DNA from: Paludibacteraceae bacterium
GTDB taxonomy: Bacteria; Bacteroidota; Bacteroidia; Bacteroidales; Paludibacteraceae
Reading direction: 5' to 3'
Assembly: GCA_017559505.1 (NCBI GenBank)
Contig: JAFYSF010000025.1
Span: forward strand, 20,637-84,636
DNA: 64,000 nucleotides
Part shown: in pieces, positions 9,674 through 18,197 of the stretch
Numbering within the stretch: the first letter of the stretch is position 1
How the letters are laid out: the number at the start of each line of letters is the position of its first letter
Made by a program: the position numbers and the translations under genes
Notes under the pieces: model-generated
What the model saw: the letters and a program-made list of their open reading frames with translations, nothing else
Database searches by the model: none
What the model was told of the DNA's origin: nothing

Positions 9674-9985
9674 ATGAACGAATTTCTCGAACTTGAAGAA
9701 CGCATTGTTGCAATGCTCAAAACCGTTTTCGACCCAGAAATCCCTGTCAACATCTACGACCTCGGACTCATCTATCGCATTGACGCCAACGATGGCAACG
9801 TCATTCTCGACATGACCCTCACTGCGCCCAACTGCCCTGCTGCCGAATTCATTATGGAAGACGTCAAAATGAAAATCGAATCAGTCGAAGGCGTAAAATC
9901 AGTAACAGTCAATCTCGTATTCGAACCCGAATGGGATCGCTCAATGATGTCCGAAGAAGCCCAACTCGAACTCGGATTATTATGA
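9674..9985 (+). CDS. DUF59/SufT-like Fe-S assembly protein
   Basis: 103 aa with DPEIPVNIYDLGLIY...TLTAPNCP. Confidence 0.8.
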   Translation: MNEFLELEERIVAMLKTVFDPEIPVNIYDLGLIYRIDANDGNVILDMTLTAPNCPAAEFIMEDVKMKIESVEGVKSVTVNLVFEPEWDRSMMSEEAQLELGLL

Positions 9986-10749
9986 AACACTATTTCGTAG
10001 CAGATGCCCATCTTGGCTCACGCCTATTTGATGACAATGACGCAAAAATCGCCCATTTCATCGAATGGCTCAGTATGGCTACTGCCGAAGAATCCGAAAT
10101 ATATCTCCTCGGCGACATTTTCGACTTTTGGTTCGAATTTGCCCACGCCATTCCTCCCGGATTCGACCTCTTACTCAATACTCTCCGCCAAAAAACAGAG
10201 CAAGGCACCCGCATCCATTTCTTCTGTGGCAATCACGACCAATGGACCTATGGCCACCTCCACAACTATTGTGGACTCATCATTCACAAAAAAGGCGATT
10301 TCATCGACATCGAAGGCAAACGCTTCTATCTCGCCCACGGACATGGTCTTGGCGAAAAACGTCGCTCAACTCTCATTCTGAATCGCATATTCGAAAACTC
10401 AATAACCCAATGGCTTTTCCGCCATTTAATGATACCCCACCTTGGCTACGCCTTTGGCTATCGATGGAGTGCGCGCAATCGCAAAAAGCACGATTCCATC
10501 ACAAACACCAACCGCCACCACAACTACTATGAGGCTCACACCTCCGATTCCAATGCCTTCCAAGTAGAATGGGCAAAACAATTCACCACACAACACCCCG
10601 ACACCGACTATATCGTCATGGGCCACCTACACCAAGAAATCAATATGCGATTATCCACAGGTTGCCAACTCCTAATTCTCGATGAATTCTATCAAAACTA
10701 TGGCTACGCCATCTACGATGGCACCTACCTCTGGCCCGAAAACTTCTAA
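9982..10749 (+). CDS. lpxH: UDP-2,3-diacylglucosamine diphosphatase
   Basis: Start at ATG 9982 overlaps the upstream stop (ATGA). Metallophosphoesterase motifs DAHLG, GDIFDFW, GNHD and GHLH are present. Confidence 0.85.
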   Translation: MKHYFVADAHLGSRLFDDNDAKIAHFIEWLSMATAEESEIYLLGDIFDFWFEFAHAIPPGFDLLLNTLRQKTEQGTRIHFFCGNHDQWTYGHLHNYCGLIIHKKGDFIDIEGKRFYLAHGHGLGEKRRSTLILNRIFENSITQWLFRHLMIPHLGYAFGYRWSARNRKKHDSITNTNRHHNYYEAHTSDSNAFQVEWAKQFTTQHPDTDYIVMGHLHQEINMRLSTGCQLLILDEFYQNYGYAIYDGTYLWPENF

Positions 10750-10812
10750 AAACATTTAGCCTAATAAACGAAAAACAAGCTTATTAAAATTTCTTACGGA
10801 TATAAATTAACA

Positions 10813-10843
10813 AATAAGAGGCGCAAATATTGCGCCTCTTATT
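10813..10843 (+). terminator. intrinsic terminator after lpxH
   Basis: Perfect 13-bp stem aataagaggcgca/tgcgcctcttatt with a 5-nt loop. Confidence 0.75.
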
Positions 10844-11155
10844 GCTTTTCAACATACTCACATCGTGCATTATTTTGTAGGTTTTCTTGCTTACACCTTG
10901 CTTGAAGGTATAAATAATATGGTAACATCACTCCCACTTTGTACATACGAGAACACTCTTGGGATGTCACTCTACTTAGGCACACATAAGGAGCAGCTAT
11001 GGCTCACTATCTTGGCTCTATTCTTAAACTTGCTATTCGCAAAATTCAAATTTTACGAAATTCAAGAGAGTAAACCTACATTTCCAACTTAAACCTCCAA
11101 CGCACTTTCAAGATGTTGTATCTTTGCAAAAAATTGAAGGAGGGCAAATAAAAAA

Positions 11156-11187
11156 ACATCCTCCGACCCAAAAGAGTCAAAGGATGT
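11156..11187 (-). terminator. hairpin with T-runs on both strands; probable nqr operon terminator
   Basis: Stem acatcct/aggatgt plus an inner gac/gtc pairing. On the minus strand it is followed by TTTTTTT. Confidence 0.55.
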
Positions 11188-11295
11188 TTTATTATAATAA
11201 ATATGCAATTTATTATTAAGCACCAAAGTTATTCACTAAAGTTCATGACTTTGGTTACACTCGGTAGAGTTTAAATAAATTTAACTCTACTCTCA

Positions 11296-12582
11296 TTAAG
11301 CACCAAAGTTGTCGAACATAAGGTTTTCGCGTGGAACACCAAGTGAATAGAGCATATTTTCAACTGCTTTACTCATTGGGCCAGGACCACACATGTAGTA
11401 TTCGATATCTTCTGGAGCATCGTGGTCTTTGAGGTATGTTTCGTAGATCACGTTGTGTACGAATCCAGGAGTATATTTAACACCTGCAGCATCAGCAGCA
11501 GGGTCTGGACGGTCGAGTGCCAAGTGGAAGTGGAAGTTAGGGAACTCTTTCTCAATAGCCATGAAATCTTCCAAATAGAACACTTCATTCAACGCACGTG
11601 CACCATAGAAGTAGTGCATTTCGCGGTCAGTAGTTTTCAATGTCTTAGTCAAGTGCATGATTTGAGCACGGAGAGGAGCCATACCAGCACCACCACCTAC
11701 CCACATCATCTCAGCTTTTGAGTCGAAGATTGGGTGGAAATCACCGTAAGGACCTGACATGATAACTTTATCACCTGGTTTGAGTGTAAAGATGTAAGAA
11801 GAAGCAATACCAGGCATTACATCCATAAAGCCACCACCTTGTTCTTTTGGTTTGAAAGGAGGAGTAGCAATACGCACTGTAAGCATGATACGGTCGCCCT
11901 CAGCTGGGTAGTTAGCCATAGAGTAAGCACGGATAGTTTCTTCAGTATTTTCGCATTTCAAGCCAAAGAGACCGAAGTTTTTCCAAGCATCGAGATAACC
12001 CTCGCCGATGAGAGATTTGTCGATGTCTTTATCATAATCCATTTTGAATTTAGGGATTTTGATTTGAGCATACGAACCTGGGATGAAGTCCATGTGTTCG
12101 CCTGGAGGCAATGCAACAATAAACTCTTTGATAAACGTAGCAACGTTTTTGTTAGAGATAACTTCGCATTCCCACTCTTTAACGCCAAGAACTGATTCGT
12201 CAACTTTAAGAGCCATATCACCCTTAACTTTTACTTGACAACCAAGACGCCAGTGGTCTTTAACTTGTTTACGTGAGAAGTGAACTGTTTCAGTAGGGAG
12301 AATTTCGCCACCACCTTCAGTCACTTGGCAACGGCATTGACCGCAAGAACCTTTACCACCACAAGCTGATGGAAGGAATACACCTGCATTAGCCATAGCA
12401 TTGAGGAGTGAGCCACCTGCTGCAGCCTCTACCTCTTTTTCGCCATTAAGGGTAATTTTTACATTACCTGATGCTACTAAGTAGCGTTTAGCGATAAGCA
12501 ACACAATTACAAGAAGGATAATCACCAAAAGGAATACTGCCAAACTTGTAAGAGTCGCCACTGTATTGATTTCTAATAACAT
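11296..12582 (-). CDS. nqrF: Na+-translocating NADH:quinone reductase subunit F
   Basis: 428 aa with an N-terminal TM helix, a 2Fe-2S ferredoxin Cys cluster (CGGKGSCGQCRC) and an FAD/NAD-binding domain. Confidence 0.95.
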   Translation of the reverse strand: MLLEINTVATLTSLAVFLLVIILLVIVLLIAKRYLVASGNVKITLNGEKEVEAAAGGSLLNAMANAGVFLPSACGGKGSCGQCRCQVTEGGGEILPTETVHFSRKQVKDHWRLGCQVKVKGDMALKVDESVLGVKEWECEVISNKNVATFIKEFIVALPPGEHMDFIPGSYAQIKIPKFKMDYDKDIDKSLIGEGYLDAWKNFGLFGLKCENTEETIRAYSMANYPAEGDRIMLTVRIATPPFKPKEQGGGFMDVMPGIASSYIFTLKPGDKVIMSGPYGDFHPIFDSKAEMMWVGGGAGMAPLRAQIMHLTKTLKTTDREMHYFYGARALNEVFYLEDFMAIEKEFPNFHFHLALDRPDPAADAAGVKYTPGFVHNVIYETYLKDHDAPEDIEYYMCGPGPMSKAVENMLYSLGVPRENLMFDNFGA

Positions 12583-12594
12583 AATTCTTTAAAA

Positions 12595-12736
12595 AGTTTA
12601 GAGTTTAGAGTTTAGAGTTTAGAGTGAAAATTGTCTATAACTCATAAGTCTTAACTCGAATAGTTAATAGTTAATTGGTTTTATGTAAAGTAAATATATA
12701 GTGAATCTCTATACACTATACTTTACACACTATACA
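12595..12736. repeat. nqrE-nqrF spacer built of heptamer blocks
   Basis: AGTTTAG x4 (12595-12625), TAACTCA-type x3 (12638-12658), AATAGTT x3 (12659-12679), CTATACA-type x4 (12709-12736). Confidence 0.85.
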
Positions 12737-12740
12737 TTAA

Positions 12741-13385
12741 TTAGATTTTCAAGCCTGAGAAGCACATGAATGCCATTGCCATAAGACCTACGATGATGAA
12801 AGTAATACCAAGGCCTTTCAATGGTGCAGGCACATCAGAATACTCCATACGTTCGCGGATAGCAGCAAGACCAACGATAGCCAAAAGCCAACCAATACCA
12901 GAACCGAGAGCATAGAATACTACGTCAACAATACCAGTAAGAGCTTTAGGGTCAGTACCTTCGAGAATTACGCGTTGTTGCATGAACAACGAGCCACCCA
13001 TGATAGCACAGTTTACAGCGATAAGAGGCAAGAAAATACCCAATGACGCATACAAAGAAGGCGAGAATTTTTCGACAATCATCTCAACCAATTGTACGAT
13101 AGCAGCAATTACAGCGATGAAAAGAATCAAGCTGAGATAGCTGAGGTCCAAATCAGCAAAGCCTTCGCCCAACCATGATAAAGCACCTTTTTGGAGGATA
13201 CCAGTATAAAGGTAATAGTTAACAGGAAGGGTGATGAGAAGCACTGCTGTTACAGCAATACCAAGACCAACAGAGGTCTTCACATTTTTCGATACTGCAA
13301 GGTATGAACACATACCAAGGAAGTATGCGAATATCATATTGTCCGAAAAAATCGAACTCATAAATAAACTTAATGCGTGTTCCAT
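12741..13385 (-). CDS. nqrE: Na+-NQR subunit E
   Basis: 214 aa, polytopic; matches the NqrE/RnfA family N-terminus and sits in the expected operon position. Confidence 0.95.
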   Translation of the reverse strand: MEHALSLFMSSIFSDNMIFAYFLGMCSYLAVSKNVKTSVGLGIAVTAVLLITLPVNYYLYTGILQKGALSWLGEGFADLDLSYLSLILFIAVIAAIVQLVEMIVEKFSPSLYASLGIFLPLIAVNCAIMGGSLFMQQRVILEGTDPKALTGIVDVVFYALGSGIGWLLAIVGLAAIRERMEYSDVPAPLKGLGITFIIVGLMAMAFMCFSGLKI

Positions 13386-13400
13386 ATTTCAAATATTTTT

Positions 13401-13470
13401 GTCAACGGTCAACGGTCAACAGCTGATAGTCATTAGACTGTTGTCTGTAGACTGTAGACTTTCGACATTT
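13401..13470. repeat. nqrD-nqrE spacer: ten in-phase heptamers
   Basis: gtcaacg gtcaacg gtcaaca gctgata gtcatta gactgtt gtctgta gactgta gactttc gacattt. Paralogous to 16116-16185. Confidence 0.9.
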
Positions 13471-13472
13471 TA

Positions 13473-14093
13473 TTATTTTTCTTGAAGGTCTTTGTTGATT
13501 GAACGGTGAACCCAAATGATACAAGCCACGATGATAAGCGCCATAGCAGGCATCATCATCATACCATTGTTTACATAACCCATTTCGTAGAACGAAGCAG
13601 GAATTACACGGAAACCAAAGAGTGTACCTGAACCGAGCAATTCACGGAAGAACGCTACAACGATTAAAACCCATGCATAACCAAGACCGTTACCGATACC
13701 ATCGAGGAACGAAGGCCAAGGTTTGTTTGCCATAGCAAATGCTTCAAGACGGCCCATAAGAATACAGTTAGTAATAATCAAACCGATATAAACCGAAAGT
13801 TGCACGCTAAGGTCGTACATGAAAGCTTTCAAAACTTCTGACACTACAGTTACGAGAGCAGCAACAACAACCAATTGCACGATGATACGTACACTGTTAG
13901 GAATAGTGTTGCGGATAAGAGATACTACAACGTTAGCCATAGCCACGATGATAGTAACCGAAATACCCATAACGATAGCAGGTTTCAATTGTACTGTTAC
14001 AGCTAAAGCTGAACAAATACCAAGTACTTGGATAGCTACAGGGTTGTTCTTGTTAAGAGGGCCAAGTAGCGCATTTTTCAATTCTTCTTTCAT
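13473..14093 (-). CDS. nqrD: Na+-NQR subunit D
   Basis: 206 aa, polytopic; NqrD/RnfE family and expected operon position. Confidence 0.95.
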   Translation of the reverse strand: MKEELKNALLGPLNKNNPVAIQVLGICSALAVTVQLKPAIVMGISVTIIVAMANVVVSLIRNTIPNSVRIIVQLVVVAALVTVVSEVLKAFMYDLSVQLSVYIGLIITNCILMGRLEAFAMANKPWPSFLDGIGNGLGYAWVLIVVAFFRELLGSGTLFGFRVIPASFYEMGYVNNGMMMMPAMALIIVACIIWVHRSINKDLQEK

Positions 14094-14094
14094 A

Positions 14095-14838
14095 TTAGTT
14101 GCCTCCTTCGATTACAGGTTCAACAATAACACTGTCGGCTACTTCTTCTACTACGATAGCAGCAGGGGCAGTGAGGAAATTTTCGTAATTTACAAGACTT
14201 GAAGAAAGCATAGCTTCAACACCTTTAGAAGTAATAGTACCACCAGAGATAGCGTCAACTTGGTCGCGACCTTCTACTTTAGTACCAGCTTTTTCGATAG
14301 CGATAGAAGCGAATTTGCCATTTTTCAAGAGTTCTTTACCGATGAATGGGTTACGGAATTTTTCAGTAACGATTTCAGCACCAAGACCTGGAGTTTCACC
14401 TGCGTGGTTAAAGAACACACCAAATACAGTATTGCGGTCGTCGTTGAGAGCCATATAACCCCAGATGGCACCCCAAAGACCAGCACCATTCATAGGAAGG
14501 ATATATTTAGTTTCGCCATCAATTTCAGCTACATACATAGGGAATTGTCCCTCTTCAGCTTTGACGTCGAAATCAGCCACAGGGTCGAGAGTTTTCACTA
14601 CGTTACCTTCAGCATCGAGCATGTTATACTCTTTGATAGTTGCTGCATAAGTAGCTGCTGCATCTTCGCCCAATTCGATGCCTGGCAACGAATTAAGGAT
14701 TTGCTTTTTAGTGTCGAGACGCACGTTGTCTTCTTGGAAAGAACGAAGAGACCCCGAAGTAATCGACAATAGCAACGATACGATGGTAATGATTACCACC
14801 ATATATATTAACGTATAACTATTTTTATTTGTATTCAT
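14095..14838 (-). CDS. nqrC: Na+-NQR subunit C
   Basis: 247 aa with an N-terminal TM helix and an FMN-attachment-type motif SGGTITS. Confidence 0.9.
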   Translation of the reverse strand: MNTNKNSYTLIYMVVIITIVSLLLSITSGSLRSFQEDNVRLDTKKQILNSLPGIELGEDAAATYAATIKEYNMLDAEGNVVKTLDPVADFDVKAEEGQFPMYVAEIDGETKYILPMNGAGLWGAIWGYMALNDDRNTVFGVFFNHAGETPGLGAEIVTEKFRNPFIGKELLKNGKFASIAIEKAGTKVEGRDQVDAISGGTITSKGVEAMLSSSLVNYENFLTAPAAIVVEEVADSVIVEPVIEGGN

Positions 14839-14847
14839 AATTAATTC

Positions 14848-14924
14848 AGTTGAAAGTTGAAAGTTGAAAGCTGAAAGTTAGGTCATATAGAATATCTAAC
14901 CTTTAACCTCTAACCTTTAACCAT
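14848..14924. repeat. nqrB-nqrC spacer: eleven in-phase heptamers
   Basis: agttgaa x3, agctgaa, agttagg, tcatata, gaatatc, taacctt, taacctc, taacctt, taaccat. Confidence 0.9.
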
Positions 14925-14927
14925 TAT

Positions 14928-16097
14928 TTATTTTGCACGTTTGAGACGTTTGTTGATATTAGCTTGAACTACGTAGTAGTCGATCAAGTTTGCGAAGATG
15001 TTCATAAGCAAGATAGCAAGCATCATACCTTCTGGATAACCAGGGTTAAGAACGCGAACTACAATTGCTACAACACCAATCAAGAAACCATAGATCCATT
15101 TACCACACTCTGTGCGAGCAGAAGTAACAGGGTCAGTAGCCATAAACACAGCACCAAAAGCAAAACCTCCGAGTACGAGGTGCATATACCAAGGCATATT
15201 AGCAACTGCTGTATCAGGACCAAATTGGTTGAACAAGAATGCAGTGAACGCACCACCTACAAATACAGATAACATAGTTTTCCAGCTTGCAACACGAGTA
15301 ACAAGAAGAATAACAGCACCGATAAGGATAGCCAATGTAGAAACTTCACCTACTGAACCAGGGATGAAACCAAGGAATGCATCCATAAATGAAACTGGAT
15401 CAGTATATTCAGAAGCTACTGCTACTTGACCAAGAGGAGTTGCACCAGAGAAACCGTCGATTTTTTCACCTGCACCATACCAGAATGCGTCGCGTGTACG
15501 TACCCATACTTGGTCGCCCGACATTGCTGTAGGATATGCAAAGAAAAGGAATGCACGTGTAACCAAAGCCACGTTGAATACGTTGTAACCAGTACCACCG
15601 AATACTTCTTTAGCGAAGATAACTGCAAAAGCAGTAGCGATAGCAACCATCCAAAGTGGAGTGTCAACTGGCACAATCATAGGAATAAGGATACCTGATA
15701 CAAGGAAACCTTCTTGAATTTCATGACCTTTGAATTGAGCAACAGTAAATTCGATGCCAAGACCTACGATGTAAGAAACAAGAAGGATAGGCAATACAGC
15801 CAAAAGACCGAAAATGAATTGTTGCCAGAAAGTAGCATCTTGACCAATAGCCAAGAAGTGTTGGTAACCAACGTTCCACATACCAAAAAGGAGAGCAGGA
15901 ACGAGAGCAAGTACCACCATAATCATTGTACGTTTCGAGTCAGTAACGTCGTGGATGTGAACACCATGTTTTGCTGTATCGTTAGGCACAAACAAGAATG
16001 TTTTGAATCCATCGAACACCGAGTGAAACATATGAAGTTTACCACCTTCAGAGAAAGTAGGTTCAACTTTGTCTACGATGTTTTTTAAAAATTTCAT
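14928..16097 (-). CDS. nqrB: Na+-NQR subunit B
   Basis: Start moved to MKFLKNIVDKVEP (ATG = revcomp 16095-16097). The ORF-track extension reads into the heptamer spacer. Confidence 0.9.
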   Translation of the reverse strand: MKFLKNIVDKVEPTFSEGGKLHMFHSVFDGFKTFLFVPNDTAKHGVHIHDVTDSKRTMIMVVLALVPALLFGMWNVGYQHFLAIGQDATFWQQFIFGLLAVLPILLVSYIVGLGIEFTVAQFKGHEIQEGFLVSGILIPMIVPVDTPLWMVAIATAFAVIFAKEVFGGTGYNVFNVALVTRAFLFFAYPTAMSGDQVWVRTRDAFWYGAGEKIDGFSGATPLGQVAVASEYTDPVSFMDAFLGFIPGSVGEVSTLAILIGAVILLVTRVASWKTMLSVFVGGAFTAFLFNQFGPDTAVANMPWYMHLVLGGFAFGAVFMATDPVTSARTECGKWIYGFLIGVVAIVVRVLNPGYPEGMMLAILLMNIFANLIDYYVVQANINKRLKRAK

Positions 16098-16115
16098 ATT
16101 TCTTTTATTGATTAT

Positions 16116-16185
16116 GTCAACAGTCAACGGTCAACGGTCGATAGTCAAATAGACTGTAAACTTTAGACTGTAGACTTTAGACATT
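16116..16185. repeat. nqrA-nqrB spacer: ten in-phase heptamers
   Basis: gtcaaca gtcaacg gtcaacg gtcgata gtcaaat agactgt aaacttt agactgt agacttt agacatt. Confidence 0.9.
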
Positions 16186-17538
16186 TTATTCAAGTTCTTT
16201 TCTCATATAGTTGAGGGCTTCGCGTACGATACGTTGTGTTTCAATTTTTGAAGTACAAACGAATTCGCAGAGGGCAAAATCTTCAGGAGCCACTTCGTAT
16301 GCACCGAGTTGTTCCATTTTCTCAAGGTTACGAGCAATCATAGCTTTAACCAATTGTTCTGGCATAATGTCCATTGGGAATACACGGTCGTATTCACCAC
16401 TTACGATGAATGCACGTTCTCCACCAAGGATACGAGCATCGAAATCGAATTGTTTTTTAGGACAAAGCATGCGTTGCAATTTTGTAAGGAAGAGGCATGA
16501 ATTAGAGAATTTGTTGAAACGTGGCATTGCCCAACCGAGAAGTTCGTCAGCTTCATCACCTTCTGCAATAACAGTTACTACATTTGCAAATGGTGAAAGG
16601 AACGATTTTTCATCAGTTTTCAAACCTGTAAGAACGTTACCGTTGATTACACGAATGTGTTCATCGAGGTTAAGGTTACCTTCTGTGATGTTGTTGACAA
16701 CTGTACCACTGATTGTTTCAACATAAACAGGGTGTTTTACTTTTGGACCAGCAACTGCTACTTTACGAGCAAAGTCGAGTTTACCTGTGTTTACATAACG
16801 GCCAAGCATTGCTACGTCCATAATGTTCATTGTCCAAACTGCTTCTTCTTTGTTCACTGGATTGAGGTGGTTGATTTGCACACCTACGTTACCAGCTGGG
16901 TGAGCACCGATGAATTCGTTGATTTCAACGCCTTTCATGTTACGCAATTCTGCCGATGTTGCAGGAGATACTGAATAGTAAGTTTTAGCAATAGCAGCCA
17001 AAACATTCAAACCTGCTTGTACATTAGCCTCTTCGCCTTTCAATACGAAATTGTAGTCAGCAGCCAAAGGAGCAGAATCAAAAGCAGATACGAAGATTGC
17101 TTTTGGAGCAACTTTAGGGTTAGCAACTACATCGTAAGGACGTTGACGCAACATAGCACCGAAACCAGCAGCCAACATAGCAGCGAGAATAGACTCTTTG
17201 CCTGCTTTAAGATCCATTGTAGGAAGCTCAGCTTGCTCTGTTTTACCGTTTTGTTCGATGAGCACGTAGAGTAGTTTACGGCGTTCGCCGCGTGCTACTT
17301 GCTTGATTGTACCACAAACGGGAGATACAACCTTCACCTCTGGGTGATTTTTGTCAAACAAGATAGGTGTACCGACTTTTACTTCGTCACCTTCTTTGAC
17401 AGCCACCTTAGGTGTCATACCTTCAAAATAATCAGGAACGATACCTACCTCTTGCGAGATAACTTTGCCAGCTACTTTAGCTTCAGCATCGCCTGAAATT
17501 TTGATGTTTAAACCTTTTTTTAATTTGATTGTTGTCAT
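16186..17538 (-). CDS. nqrA: Na+-NQR subunit A
   Basis: 450 aa; first gene of the nqrABCDEF order and full-length NqrA-like. Confidence 0.95.
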   Translation of the reverse strand: MTTIKLKKGLNIKISGDAEAKVAGKVISQEVGIVPDYFEGMTPKVAVKEGDEVKVGTPILFDKNHPEVKVVSPVCGTIKQVARGERRKLLYVLIEQNGKTEQAELPTMDLKAGKESILAAMLAAGFGAMLRQRPYDVVANPKVAPKAIFVSAFDSAPLAADYNFVLKGEEANVQAGLNVLAAIAKTYYSVSPATSAELRNMKGVEINEFIGAHPAGNVGVQINHLNPVNKEEAVWTMNIMDVAMLGRYVNTGKLDFARKVAVAGPKVKHPVYVETISGTVVNNITEGNLNLDEHIRVINGNVLTGLKTDEKSFLSPFANVVTVIAEGDEADELLGWAMPRFNKFSNSCLFLTKLQRMLCPKKQFDFDARILGGERAFIVSGEYDRVFPMDIMPEQLVKAMIARNLEKMEQLGAYEVAPEDFALCEFVCTSKIETQRIVREALNYMRKELE

Positions 17539-17728
17539 ATAACTAAAAGTTAATATAATAATTTGTTATATTTTTGTTATATTTTGGACGTATTTATGGC
17601 TCGAATACACACAACTTACCCACCAATAATCTATACGTTACTGATGTGTAAATAAAGTGATTTTCAGCCTGTTATATTGTATTTATTTAACATTCAATAC
17701 TACTTGTGTAGTATAAATTTCAACTTGG

Positions 17729-17736
17729 CAAATTTA
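17729..17736 (-). promoter_or_regulatory. candidate -7 box (TAAATTTG on minus strand) for the nqr operon
   Basis: Plus-strand CAAATTTA, ~190 nt upstream of the nqrA ATG. Confidence 0.35.
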
Positions 17737-18085
17737 CAACTTTATTTTCTAATAACCAACAGAATAGCAAAAAAATGTAAAAACTTTAGCATAAAACAAC
17801 TTAAGCAAAACAAATCTAAAATTATCTTAAAAGCAAATTCCAATATACAACAATAGACAATATATCACTAAAAACCAATCTTTTAAGTTAATGTCTAAAA
17901 AACAATTAATACTAATTAAATATAATATCAATGAACAATCCAGAATATCTATTAATTTTCAAAAACCATATAAACTTTTTTTATAAATTTGTAGTAATTT
18001 AAAAGTTGCTTTTTGATATCGAATCTATCAAATAAAACAAAATAAAACAATATTACATAGATTTTGTATTATCAACTAAAATGAG

Positions 18086-18093
18086 TATCTTTG
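18086..18093 (+). promoter_or_regulatory. candidate -7 box TATCTTTG for the C10 peptidase gene
   Basis: Exact motif, 105 nt upstream of the ATG at 18198. Confidence 0.5.
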
Positions 18094-18197
18094 CAAATCG
18101 AAAGAAACATAGTAATACAAGAGATAACTACTCATAAACCTAACTATTACCTTAGTTACTAAAAAATCAATAAAAATAATAACTAAATATAATAACT

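Noticed and set aside
10130-10138. GGTTCGAAT, a tRNA T-arm-like string found during a tRNA scan.
   Set aside because: It lies within lpxH codons (FWFEF) and there is no surrounding cloverleaf. No tRNA-like structure was found anywhere in the window.
10651-10659. A perfect DnaA-box 9-mer TTATCCACA, with another (TGTGGATAA) at 41860-41868.
   Set aside because: Both lie inside well-supported coding sequences (lpxH and the GT9 gene) and are isolated. They are consistent with chance occurrence.
10865-11092. A 75-aa ORF in the 545-bp gap between lpxH and nqrF.
   Set aside because: It has a non-ATG start, no recognisable motifs and no upstream promoter box. The region is left as non-coding, possibly a degraded remnant or an ncRNA. 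I could not match it to SRP, 6S or tmRNA signatures by eye.
17539-18197. A 660-bp AT-rich divergent intergenic region at the minus-to-plus gene-orientation switch, considered as oriC.
   Set aside because: I found no CCACA or TGTGG cores and no 9-mer within one mismatch of TTATCCACA. It is more simply a pair of long promoter and 5' UTR regions for nqr and the C10 gene.
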